IMG/VR virus record: IMGVR_UViG_3300025108_000015
Location: 1-64,000 of that record
Strand: one strand, 5' to 3'
Source of the DNA: a virus
Length of the DNA: 64,000 bases
Of the stretch, positions 28,574 to 37,500 are shown in pieces (within the stretch, counting starts at the first letter, position 1; each line of letters opens with the position of its first letter). The position numbers and the translations under genes are program-made. Under the pieces are notes generated by a model, which ran no database searches, had not been told where the DNA came from, and worked only from the letters and a program-made list of their open reading frames with translations.

Positions 28574-29566
28574 ATGGGTCTATTTGATAATCGAGTACCA
28601 TTCAAACCATTTGAATATCCAGAATATTACACCGAAGGTTGGTTGAAACAAGCACAAGCTTTTTGGTTACATACCGAAATACCAATGCAAGGTGATATTA
28701 AGGATTGGAATGAAAATCTAACCGCCGAAGAAAAGAACTTAGTGGGTAATATCCTACTTGGATTTGCACAAACGGAATGTGCTGTATCTGATTATTGGAC
28801 TACTATGGTCACTAATTGGTTTCCAAAGCATGAGATTAAGCAAATGGCTATGATGTTTGGTTCACAAGAGACCATTCATGCAACTGCATATTCATATTTG
28901 AATGAGTCACTTGGATTGGAAGACTTTGAGGCATTCTTACACGAACCTGCTACTGCTGAACGTTTTGAGAACTTAGCTGAAGTTACAAACAATTACACTT
29001 ACGAAGATTTGAAGAATAATTCAGAAGCTCGTAAAGAGGTAGCAAGGTCACTCGCTATATTCTCAGCATTTACCGAAGGGGTTGCACTTTACTCATCATT
29101 TGCAGTATTGTACTCATTCCAAATGAGAAACAAGTTGAAGGGTATTGGTCAACAAATGAAGTGGTCAGTACGTGATGAGTCACTACACTCAAGAATGGGG
29201 TGTCAGTTATTCAAACATATGTGTAATGAATATCCTGAACTATTAGATGATTGTAAGGATTCAATCGAAGAGGCTGCAAAGTTGATTCAAGTATTGGAAC
29301 ACAAATACATTGATAAGATGTTTGAAATGGGTGATTTGGAGAATCTTAAAAAAGAAGACCTAAAGAACTTTATCAATCAAAGACTAAATGAAAAATTAAA
29401 TGAGTTGGGTTACGAATCAACGTTTACATACGATGAAGACTCAGCAGCACAATTAGAATGGTTCTATCACTTAACTGGTGGACATACACATACGGACTTC
29501 TTCGCTTTGAGACCTACTGATTATAGTAAGGCAAATGAAGGTGAAGATTGGGACGATATATTTTAA
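28574..29566 (+). CDS. nrdB: Ribonucleotide reductase class I beta subunit
   Basis: FWLHTEI, QETIHATAY, EGVALYSSF, RDESLH, TDFFALRPTDY. Confidence 0.95.
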   Translation: MGLFDNRVPFKPFEYPEYYTEGWLKQAQAFWLHTEIPMQGDIKDWNENLTAEEKNLVGNILLGFAQTECAVSDYWTTMVTNWFPKHEIKQMAMMFGSQETIHATAYSYLNESLGLEDFEAFLHEPATAERFENLAEVTNNYTYEDLKNNSEARKEVARSLAIFSAFTEGVALYSSFAVLYSFQMRNKLKGIGQQMKWSVRDESLHSRMGCQLFKHMCNEYPELLDDCKDSIEEAAKLIQVLEHKYIDKMFEMGDLENLKKEDLKNFINQRLNEKLNELGYESTFTYDEDSAAQLEWFYHLTGGHTHTDFFALRPTDYSKANEGEDWDDIF

Positions 29567-29572
29567 TAAGTT

Positions 29573-31357
29573 ATGAAGAATTACGGAGAAGAATTAGGTT
29601 GGGAGCTTGGAGTAGACTTCCCAACATGGGCAAATACTGAAATATATGTTAAGACTATATCCAAAGGGTATCTACTATCAGGTGAAAAGCCAAAAGATGC
29701 TTATTGGAGAGTTGCTACGGCAGTAGCACGTAGACTTGACAAACCACAAATGGCGTCAAAGTTTTTTGATTACATATGGAAGGGTTGGTTAAATCTAGCA
29801 TCACCTGTATTATCGAACACCGGAACTGATAGAGGATTACCAATCAGTTGTTTTGGTATTGATGTAGGTGACTCTATCCAAGAGATTGGGTCAAAGAACC
29901 TTGAATTGATGTTACTTGCTAAACATGGTGGTGGTGTAGGTGTTGGTATCAATATGATTAGACCAGCAGGTGCTAAAATCACTCAAAACGGAACATCTGA
30001 TGGTGTAGTACCATTCGCTAAGATTTACGACTCTACAATCCTTGCAACAAACCAAGGAGCTGTACGTAGAGGTGCTGCATCGGTGAATCTAAACATTGAA
30101 CATGATGACTTTGATGAGTGGATTGAAATTCGTGAACCAAAGGGTGATGTAAATCGTCAATGTTTGAACTTAAATCAATGTGTAATCGTTGGTGATAAGT
30201 TTATGAGAAAGTTAGAAGATGGTAATCCCGAAGCACGTAGTAAATGGGGTAAGGTACTTCAGAAACGTAAGGCAACTGGTCAACCATATGTAATGTATAA
30301 GGGTAATGTTAACAAACAAAATCCTGAGATGTACAAGAACAATGGTTTGAAGGTTCATATGACTAACATATGTTCTGAAATTACATTACATACCGATGAG
30401 TCACACTCCTTTGTATGTTGTTTATCATCATTGAACTTATCTAAGTACGATGAGTGGAAACACACCGATTTAATCTATACAGCAACATGGTTCTTGGATG
30501 GTGTACTCGAAGAGTTCATTCAGAGAGCTAAGAATATGAGGGGTTTTGAGAACTCAGTACGTTCAGCTGAAAAGGGACGTGCTTTAGGACTTGGTGTTCT
30601 TGGATGGCACACATACTTACAACAAAAGGGTATGTCATTCGAAGGACTACCTGCTCAATTTGAAACTCGTAAGATATTCTCTCAAATCAAAATTGAGTCT
30701 GAGAGAGCATCGAGAGATTTGGCTAATGAGTATGGGGAACCATTATGGTGTGTTGGTAGTGGGTTGAGAAATACTCACTTGAGAGCTATCGCTCCAACGG
30801 TATCTAACTCTAAGTTAAGTGGGAACGTTTCTGCCGGTATCGAACCATGGGCTGCAAACGTATTTACCGAACAAACCGCAAAGGGTACATTTATTCGTAA
30901 GAATCAAGAGTTGGAGAGAGCACTACGTAAAGTTGGTATCAACAACAAAGATACGTGGAGTAAAATACTCGAAGATGGTGGTTCAGTTCAAGACTTGAAT
31001 GAGTTAGACAATTGGGGATACGTCAATGGTAAACTTACACATAAAGATAGTATCGACCAAATTGATATCGACAATAAGCAAGTTGATTGGATGAAAGATG
31101 TATTTAAAACATTCAAAGAAATCAATCAGTTAGAATTAGTAAAACAAGCAGGTATCAGACAACAATATGTCGACCAAGCAGTTTCCTTAAATCTTGCATT
31201 TCCATCTCAAGCAAGTCCTAAGTGGATTAACCAAGTCCATATGGAAGCTTGGAAGGAAGGAATCAAAACCCTTTATTATATGAGAACGGAATCCGTACTT
31301 CGTGGTGATATTGCTACGAGAGCTACTGACCCCGATTGTGTCTCATGTGATGGGTAA
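29573..31357 (+). CDS. nrdA: Ribonucleotide reductase class I alpha subunit (no ATP cone)
   Basis: LASPVLSN, ISCF, GGGVG, RRGA, TNICSEI, CCLSSLNL, IAPTVSNS, VDQAVSLN, KTLYY, C-terminal CVSCDG. Confidence 0.96.
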   Translation: MKNYGEELGWELGVDFPTWANTEIYVKTISKGYLLSGEKPKDAYWRVATAVARRLDKPQMASKFFDYIWKGWLNLASPVLSNTGTDRGLPISCFGIDVGDSIQEIGSKNLELMLLAKHGGGVGVGINMIRPAGAKITQNGTSDGVVPFAKIYDSTILATNQGAVRRGAASVNLNIEHDDFDEWIEIREPKGDVNRQCLNLNQCVIVGDKFMRKLEDGNPEARSKWGKVLQKRKATGQPYVMYKGNVNKQNPEMYKNNGLKVHMTNICSEITLHTDESHSFVCCLSSLNLSKYDEWKHTDLIYTATWFLDGVLEEFIQRAKNMRGFENSVRSAEKGRALGLGVLGWHTYLQQKGMSFEGLPAQFETRKIFSQIKIESERASRDLANEYGEPLWCVGSGLRNTHLRAIAPTVSNSKLSGNVSAGIEPWAANVFTEQTAKGTFIRKNQELERALRKVGINNKDTWSKILEDGGSVQDLNELDNWGYVNGKLTHKDSIDQIDIDNKQVDWMKDVFKTFKEINQLELVKQAGIRQQYVDQAVSLNLAFPSQASPKWINQVHMEAWKEGIKTLYYMRTESVLRGDIATRATDPDCVSCDG

Positions 31358-31360
31358 CTG

Positions 31361-31440
31361 AAGTGTGGTTTGAAGACCACATCTTAGGACCGAGATAGTT
31401 CTCGGAAACCGGTGGGGGGAGTTCGCTACCCCCCTCACCA
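31361..31440 (+). ncRNA. Candidate structured RNA or complex terminator: three consecutive hairpins
   Basis: tgtggt/accaca (31364-31381), ccgaga-tagt-tctcgg (31390-31405), and a G-rich/C-rich stem closed by a TTCG loop (31411-31439); a GC-rich island in an AT-rich genome. Confidence 0.4.
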
Positions 31441-31473
31441 TCAAAAGTGAATATAAATTAAATAAAACTTAAT

Positions 31474-31710
31474 ATGAAACAATATCTTTATTTCTCAGCA
31501 CCTTGGTGTGGTCCGTGTAGAATGTTAGGACCAATTATGTCAGAGGTTAGTAACACAATTCCAGTACAAAAAGTAAACATTGATGAAGATTCAGCTACTG
31601 CTCAACAATACAACGTTCGTAGTATTCCAACAGTTGTTCTATTGGAGAATGGTCAAGAAGTCAAACGAATGATTGGTGTAAAACAAAAAGCAGAATATTT
31701 AAGCGTATGA
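31474..31710 (+). CDS. trxA: Thioredoxin
   Basis: FSAPWCGPC, VRSIPT. Confidence 0.93.
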   Translation: MKQYLYFSAPWCGPCRMLGPIMSEVSNTIPVQKVNIDEDSATAQQYNVRSIPTVVLLENGQEVKRMIGVKQKAEYLSV

Positions 31711-32285
31711 TAATCGTTGATGACTTTATCAAAGACGAGTCCCTTTTAAAGGAACTCCAAGAAGACACTCAGTTTTTTGAGAATAATGGTCAATATATGT
31801 GGTGGGGTGGTCCTTGGAATTCCAAGGCATCAACTCTTAAACAAAGGTTGATAGAAGAACTTTGGATTAAAAACTCACCATGGGATTTCCCAAGATATAA
31901 TTCAATCCAATTGGAAGGTTTTGAGTATTGGACAGGTCAATACTCGGCTGACGATGATAAACTGCATGAACTAAATATGCATTTTGACAAAGACGAGAAT
32001 CTATGGAATACTGAAGGTAAATTAGTAACACCAATTATTGGTACAGTTTACTATCCAGTCCCAATGGATATTGAAGGTGGGTATTTGGAAATATTTAGTG
32101 GTGGTGACGATAACGAACCGGAACGTATTAAAGCCAAACATAATAGGTTAGTCATATTTCCAGCCGGCCAATACAAACATAGGGTTACTGAAGTTACAAA
32201 GGGTAATCGTAGCGCAATCGCAATAAACCTATGGGCATCTGCGCCAAGTGGTGTAGAAAATGGTGAAATAATTTTGGAAAAATAA
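31707..32285 (+). CDS. 2OG-Fe(II) oxygenase
   Basis: MHFDKD (HxD), EGGYL, KHRVTEV, NRSAIAINLW. Confidence 0.82.
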   Translation: MIIVDDFIKDESLLKELQEDTQFFENNGQYMWWGGPWNSKASTLKQRLIEELWIKNSPWDFPRYNSIQLEGFEYWTGQYSADDDKLHELNMHFDKDENLWNTEGKLVTPIIGTVYYPVPMDIEGGYLEIFSGGDDNEPERIKAKHNRLVIFPAGQYKHRVTEVTKGNRSAIAINLWASAPSGVENGEIILEK

Positions 32286-32304
32286 AATAATTTTTGTATA
32301 TTAG
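32273..32304 (+). promoter_or_regulatory. Promoter-like TTTGG-N18-GTATATTAG
   Basis: Exact motif, 4 nt before ATG 32309. Confidence 0.7.
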
Positions 32305-32308
32305 TAAT

Positions 32309-32728
32309 ATGAAAAAGCAGTTACAACAACTTTGGGACTTCCAAAGTATATATGACCAAACACGGAATACAACACCTACATTAATTGAGCCAGATGATTA
32401 CTATTTAAGGTATCGTTTGGGTAAAGAAGAGTTGGTGGAGTATTTAGAGGCTTGTAATAACGATGACATTGTGGAAGTTACAGATGCACTTGCTGACCAA
32501 CTATATATCTTATTAGGTACTATGGTTGCTCATGGTATGGGTGATATCATCGAGGATGTCTTTGATGAGGTCCATCGTTCTAATATGTCAAAGTTAGGTG
32601 AGGATGGTAAACCTATTTATCGTGAGGATGGTAAAGTATTAAAAGGGCCTAATTTTTCAAAACCAAATCTATCTCAATTCTTAGCCGATACTACTCAAAT
32701 TGAACTTCCTTTTAATGAGAAAGTTTAA
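32309..32728 (+). CDS. MazG-like NTP pyrophosphohydrolase
   Basis: EELVEYLEA..NDDIVEVTDALADQLY, EVHRSNMSKL..DGKP..REDGKVLKGP. Start moved to ATG 32309 because the track's TTG 32294 lies inside the promoter motif. Confidence 0.85.
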   Translation: MKKQLQQLWDFQSIYDQTRNTTPTLIEPDDYYLRYRLGKEELVEYLEACNNDDIVEVTDALADQLYILLGTMVAHGMGDIIEDVFDEVHRSNMSKLGEDGKPIYREDGKVLKGPNFSKPNLSQFLADTTQIELPFNEKV

Positions 32729-32729
32729 G

Positions 32730-32933
32730 ATGGCACTACGAGGTGAATCACATCCACAACATAAACTTACGGAGGACCAAGTAAAGTCTATTCGCCAGTT
32801 GTGGGCTGTTGGTCATAGAAATACAAGAGTTTTAGCACGAAACAATGGTGTATCACCCGCTAACATTCGTAGAATAGTAAGGGGAGAAACTTGGACACAT
32901 ATTCTTTTTGGAGAATTTAATGATTATCAATGA
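32730..32933 (+). CDS. Small HTH DNA-binding protein (HNH-associated type)
   Basis: GESHPQHKLTEDQVKSIR...LARNNGVSPANIRRIVRGETW. Confidence 0.7.
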   Translation: MALRGESHPQHKLTEDQVKSIRQLWAVGHRNTRVLARNNGVSPANIRRIVRGETWTHILFGEFNDYQ

Positions 32934-33691
32934 AAGTAGAGGGTAAGGTATATTTTAATCCATCTAAATTTTCAGTAAGACCGATTTCAAAATCAGTTGC
33001 AAAAGACATAGTGGTAAATCACCATTATGCTGGAATTTGGACAAAAGTATCTTATGCATTGGGTTTGTTTTATGAATCCGATGAAGAACATCAGTTTTTC
33101 AGTGGTGTAAATGAGAAGTTAGTCGGAGTGGCTACGTATGGCGACCCCATAGGTAGGCATTCTGGCGCTTCTATTTCTGAACATATTGACCGAACTGAGG
33201 TATTTGAACTTACCAGATTATTTGTATTTGATGGATATGGGTGTAATATAGAAAGTTGGTTTGTAGGTCAGACCTTCAAGTGGTTACGCAAAAATACTCC
33301 CCATATTAAAGCACTTATCTCATACTCCGACCCTAAAGTAGGCCATAAGGGAACAATTTATATGTCTACAAATTGGATTTATCAAGGTAATCGTATCAGA
33401 CCAAACGATTCGTGGTTATTTAGATGGGAAGATGGTGGTGAATGGACTCATTCACGTACATCGTTCGTAAAGTTTGGTACTAACAACCCTACCAAAATAC
33501 AAGAAATGACATCAACGCCATTTTGGATTAAAAAGGAGTTGAGGAAACATAGATACGTTTACATTTTGGATAAGTCAAAAAAAAGTCGTATATTGAAGTC
33601 ATTGAAATACCCATCATTACCATATCCAACGGAAAATGAGGAATTTAAAGAAGAGATATACAAATTAGACCCAATTGAAAGAAGCAAATAA
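32930..33691 (+). CDS. Mom-like (GNAT-fold) putative DNA adenine modification enzyme, copy 1
   Basis: VRPISK..AKDIVVNHHYAG, LVGVATYG, ELTRL, ISYSDP..GHKGTIY..TNWIY.G. Confidence 0.78.
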   Translation: MKVEGKVYFNPSKFSVRPISKSVAKDIVVNHHYAGIWTKVSYALGLFYESDEEHQFFSGVNEKLVGVATYGDPIGRHSGASISEHIDRTEVFELTRLFVFDGYGCNIESWFVGQTFKWLRKNTPHIKALISYSDPKVGHKGTIYMSTNWIYQGNRIRPNDSWLFRWEDGGEWTHSRTSFVKFGTNNPTKIQEMTSTPFWIKKELRKHRYVYILDKSKKSRILKSLKYPSLPYPTENEEFKEEIYKLDPIERSK

Positions 33692-34469
33692 AATATACGT
33701 AGACACGTCACGTGTTACAATTCGTGAGATTGGTAAGGCAACCGCAAAAGAGATGATTGTTACTTACCACTATTCTCATGCTTGGACGATGTGTAGATAC
33801 GCTCTTGGGATATTCTATGAAACTGATAAGAAAGACGTATTAGGTAATTCAGAACAACTAATTGGATGTTTAGTATATGGGTATCCAGTAGGTAGGTCAG
33901 CAATCAAGTCAGTTATCGATGGGTTAGAGAAAGACCAATGTTTGGAGTTGACACGATTGTTTATACACGATGGGTATGGGTCTAATATCGAGTCATACGC
34001 TATGGGTCAATCATTCCAATGGATTAAGGAGAATGCTCCTAATATCAAGATGTTACTCAGTTACGCTGATCCTGAACAATTACATTTAGGTGGTATCTAC
34101 CAAGCAACAAATTGGTTATACCAAGATTGTCGTGATATTCAACTGATGCCAAACTATTCTATATCAATCCAAGATAACCCACATAAGTGGATACACTCAC
34201 GGACTGTATTCTCACGTTGGGGGTCTCATAATTTAGACCATCTAAAAACTCAAATGGGTAAGGAGAACATAAAAGAGTTTTGGAGAAAGAAGGAGTCTGC
34301 TAAACACCGATACATCCAAGTATTGGGTCAGAACAAATCAGAGAAACGTAAGTTGACTAAACAACTCAAACACAAAGTGAGCCCGTATCCTAAAGATGCG
34401 AGTGAGTTCCTATCAGAGGTAGTCAGACACGAAACATTCGAGCCGGAAAATAAAGTAAGTTTTTGGTAA
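33675..34469 (+). CDS. Mom-like (GNAT-fold) putative DNA adenine modification enzyme, copy 2
   Basis: IREIGK..AKEMIVTYHYSH, LIGCLVYG, ELTRL, LSYADP...HLGGIYQATNWLY. Confidence 0.78.
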   Translation: MKEANKIYVDTSRVTIREIGKATAKEMIVTYHYSHAWTMCRYALGIFYETDKKDVLGNSEQLIGCLVYGYPVGRSAIKSVIDGLEKDQCLELTRLFIHDGYGSNIESYAMGQSFQWIKENAPNIKMLLSYADPEQLHLGGIYQATNWLYQDCRDIQLMPNYSISIQDNPHKWIHSRTVFSRWGSHNLDHLKTQMGKENIKEFWRKKESAKHRYIQVLGQNKSEKRKLTKQLKHKVSPYPKDASEFLSEVVRHETFEPENKVSFW

Positions 34470-34494
34470 GTTTAACAATTTCTTAACATTATAA

Positions 34495-34526
34495 TTTGGT
34501 AGATTAAGAAAATAATCGTATATTAG
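34495..34526 (+). promoter_or_regulatory. Promoter-like TTTGG-N18-GTATATTAG, with upstream TTAACA-N5-TTAACA at 34472-34488
   Basis: Exact motif; intergenic. Confidence 0.72.
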
Positions 34527-34540
34527 TTAATAAATAAGAA

Positions 34541-36373
34541 ATGAAAGATATGAAATTAATTGACAAGTTAAAACAATTTGTAGAGAGTGACAAAAGACAC
34601 AAAATCATTACCGCTAGTATCTCTGAAATCAGAGAAATTTTTAAACCCAAAGAAGATGTTCCAGCAGTATTTAAGATTCAGTTTTATATCTTTAACTCTG
34701 TATGGAATCGTATTCCTAACTTTGGTATCCCTTCTGTATTAGAAGATAAATTAAAATACGCAATCAAAATTGGTAGTGGTATTTCTTCGTATAACCAACT
34801 TCCGATTTCTTGGATTGAGGATAAAGTTTTTAAACTTAAAAACTTCCTAATGAAAGATAGGGGACACATCACTACTTTAGTGTGTTGGTTGTACTCACAT
34901 AAGTTTCCAATAACAGCTTTTGAAAAAATTGTTGATAAACTAATCACCCAATACAAATCAGTTGAGGATTGGAAGAACGATTTTTCAGTTAAACACACTG
35001 TTTCCATATTAGAAGAAGTTCAATCTTACATTGAGGAATCAAAAAACCAACAAAAGAAAGTTGGAACTAAGAAATCACACCAAACACTTTCCATTCAGAT
35101 GATTTGTGAGAATGTTTCATCGTTTGGTGAAACACTTGATGATTTTGAAGTAAGTATTGAGGTTCGTAGAGAAAGTATCTATGTTCATATGTTAGAGATT
35201 TTAGCTCTTAACAACACTTTTAACAAATGGATTGAGTATCAGAAAGCATTCCTTGGTTTTGTTGGTAAGGTAATGAGAAAGGATGGTTCTGATAATTACT
35301 TCAGAGATGTTATTAATATAGATGCAGTTAGAAATCACATTGATGATTTGAATACATTTATGGGTAATAGTAAGATTGTTATCTTCTCATCGGCAATTGC
35401 TTCTTACAAACGAAAGGTATCTGAATATAGTGAAATCATCCCCATGAGGTTATTGGGATTACGAAAGTTGACCACCTTTGATAAGAGGGGTTCATACTAC
35501 TACTCATCAACTGAAAGTGTTATTGAAGAACAATTGATGGCTTTACATACTAATAATGTTACTGAAGAATCCGCTAAATTGGAATTGACAATTATGAATC
35601 AAATAGCTGATAATGTGGCTTGGGATTCATATGAAGAGAAACGAAAAGATTTGTTGAGTTCACAACCTGATAAGTTGAATACCAAAAATTTAGAACATGC
35701 TTCATTGGGTAAGGAAGATTTTGGTATGGCGTGTGTGGATGCTGTAATGGAGTTGAGAGCAGCTCTACCACATATGGGTGATAGAAAATCAGAAAAACAA
35801 ATTAACCTATTGGTTACTGATTTTGTGAATGGTTTGATTGTACAAATGGAAGAAGTGGTTGATGATGAAACTCTTTTCAATGTTGGGGCTACTATGGATA
35901 AGCGATTCCAAAAGCTGATTCTACCAACTTATACCAAACTTAAAAATTCATACACATCAGAATCTCCAAAGGATAACAAACAAACGATTTACGAAACTCT
36001 ACTTAATGAACTTAAACCATACCTAAACGGACAGGCTAAGTTTAAAGTAATGAAGTTTACATCCGAATCTTACAAAGAACCTGAAGTTGCTACCATTAAT
36101 TTTGGAACAACTAAACGAGGTGAAGCTGGTTTAGATTTGGGACAACGAAAACAAAGTATGGGTTACACCATTCATAATTGTATTGTTCAGCAGAAACACC
36201 ACAACCGCTCTGAAAACGATGTTGACCACAATATTTCAAATGTGGACTATTGGAAGTGGTATTCTAAAGCCAACTTTGATTTGGTGATGAAGAATCAACA
36301 ACACTTCATCTCAATTGGTGAGTTTAGTGTTTTGGCTGATGCACACACATTGAATAACATTTTTAACGGATAG
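34541..36373 (+). CDS. Hypothetical protein (610 aa) with a possible degenerate C-terminal HNH-like motif
   Basis: Long intact ORF; LDLG...GYTIHNCIVQQKHHNRS near the C-terminus. Confidence 0.7.
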   Translation: MKDMKLIDKLKQFVESDKRHKIITASISEIREIFKPKEDVPAVFKIQFYIFNSVWNRIPNFGIPSVLEDKLKYAIKIGSGISSYNQLPISWIEDKVFKLKNFLMKDRGHITTLVCWLYSHKFPITAFEKIVDKLITQYKSVEDWKNDFSVKHTVSILEEVQSYIEESKNQQKKVGTKKSHQTLSIQMICENVSSFGETLDDFEVSIEVRRESIYVHMLEILALNNTFNKWIEYQKAFLGFVGKVMRKDGSDNYFRDVINIDAVRNHIDDLNTFMGNSKIVIFSSAIASYKRKVSEYSEIIPMRLLGLRKLTTFDKRGSYYYSSTESVIEEQLMALHTNNVTEESAKLELTIMNQIADNVAWDSYEEKRKDLLSSQPDKLNTKNLEHASLGKEDFGMACVDAVMELRAALPHMGDRKSEKQINLLVTDFVNGLIVQMEEVVDDETLFNVGATMDKRFQKLILPTYTKLKNSYTSESPKDNKQTIYETLLNELKPYLNGQAKFKVMKFTSESYKEPEVATINFGTTKRGEAGLDLGQRKQSMGYTIHNCIVQQKHHNRSENDVDHNISNVDYWKWYSKANFDLVMKNQQHFISIGEFSVLADAHTLNNIFNG

Positions 36374-36381
36374 TAAATAAT

Positions 36382-37500
36382 ATGAGAGTATTAGTTATAC
36401 CAAATTATACAAATTTTGGGGCTGTTAAGGACATCAATAGGGATTCGTTCCTATTGGTGTTTAAGTCCTTTATAGAGAATACTGAAATCGGAAAAGAGTG
36501 GGAGTGGATTCTACCATATCCTGACTTTGATAATCATCCTGGCATCATTAATAAGTTTGAACACCCTAATGTTGAACTCATAAAGATGGACGGGTTAGAT
36601 TGCTTTCCACCTAAAATGAGAGTAGACTATCCACATAAGTTTTTCAATAGACTGATTGAAAAATACAATGGTGAGTTTAATCTTATATGGTCACATTTGC
36701 CGGAGTGGACAAATGAATTCAAAGTATCAAGAATATATAATAAATCACAACCTATTATTGGGTATTGTCATTGGTGGGAAATCAAAGACAATGGGGCTAG
36801 AGACAATAACTCATTTTGGAGAAATGTCAAAGGTATGTTACAAATGAAAGTTTGTGGTGTAAACTCACAATGGGTAAAGGATTTAGTTATCAGACGAGCA
36901 TCAGAAACATTCCAACCACATATTACTGATAAATTAGAAGAAATTATCCAACCTTGGTATTTGGGATGTGATTCAGCCACACCAACATCCACATATGAAC
37001 CTAAAACTATTCTATTTAATCATAGATGGGGAGTATATACTGGCGCCGAGTGGTTCTTCGAGGCAATGGATGAGTTATGGGAAACTCGTAAAGACTTCCA
37101 AGTATGGACTTCATTAAAAGATATGGGTAAATCATATACCAAGTATATTGGACACGCTGATAGAGATGTGTATATGAATCAAATGTCCAAAGCACATTTT
37201 GGTGTAGGTACATTCCAAGGATATTCGGCTTGGTCAATGTCGGCTACTGATGGGTTAAGTCGAGGTGTACCTTACTTACTTCCAAATGATTTTTGTTATC
37301 CCGAAATGGTTGGTGAGGAATATCCACTACTTTATAATGGTAAAGAAGAATTTAAGAAAATGGTTGTTAAGTTATTGGATGGTGAAATCGAACGTCCTGA
37401 TGTAACTCATATAGCGGAGTCTTTACTATGGGAATCTCAACTTAAAAGCTGGGATGTCGAGAACAACTTTATTAATATGGCTAGAAAAGACTTTAATTAA
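36382..37500 (+). CDS. GT-B fold glycosyltransferase (divergent GT4-like)
   Basis: MRVLVIPN, KTILFNHRWGVYTG, WSMSATDGLSRGVPYLLP..FCYPEMVG..YP; abuts the PolB gene. Confidence 0.65.
   Translation: MRVLVIPNYTNFGAVKDINRDSFLLVFKSFIENTEIGKEWEWILPYPDFDNHPGIINKFEHPNVELIKMDGLDCFPPKMRVDYPHKFFNRLIEKYNGEFNLIWSHLPEWTNEFKVSRIYNKSQPIIGYCHWWEIKDNGARDNNSFWRNVKGMLQMKVCGVNSQWVKDLVIRRASETFQPHITDKLEEIIQPWYLGCDSATPTSTYEPKTILFNHRWGVYTGAEWFFEAMDELWETRKDFQVWTSLKDMGKSYTKYIGHADRDVYMNQMSKAHFGVGTFQGYSAWSMSATDGLSRGVPYLLPNDFCYPEMVGEEYPLLYNGKEEFKKMVVKLLDGEIERPDVTHIAESLLWESQLKSWDVENNFINMARKDFN

Noticed and set aside
31358-31440. Hammerhead ribozyme, tRNA or SECIS reading of the three-hairpin element
   Set aside because: CTGAAGT does not match the CUGANGA core and the GAAA/stem order does not fit; there are no T-loop or D-loop signatures; nrdA has no in-frame UGA. 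Kept only as an unassigned structured element.
32730-32933. Homing endonuclease
   Set aside because: Only the short HTH-type DNA-binding part is present (67 aa), with no HNH or GIY-YIG catalytic motif.
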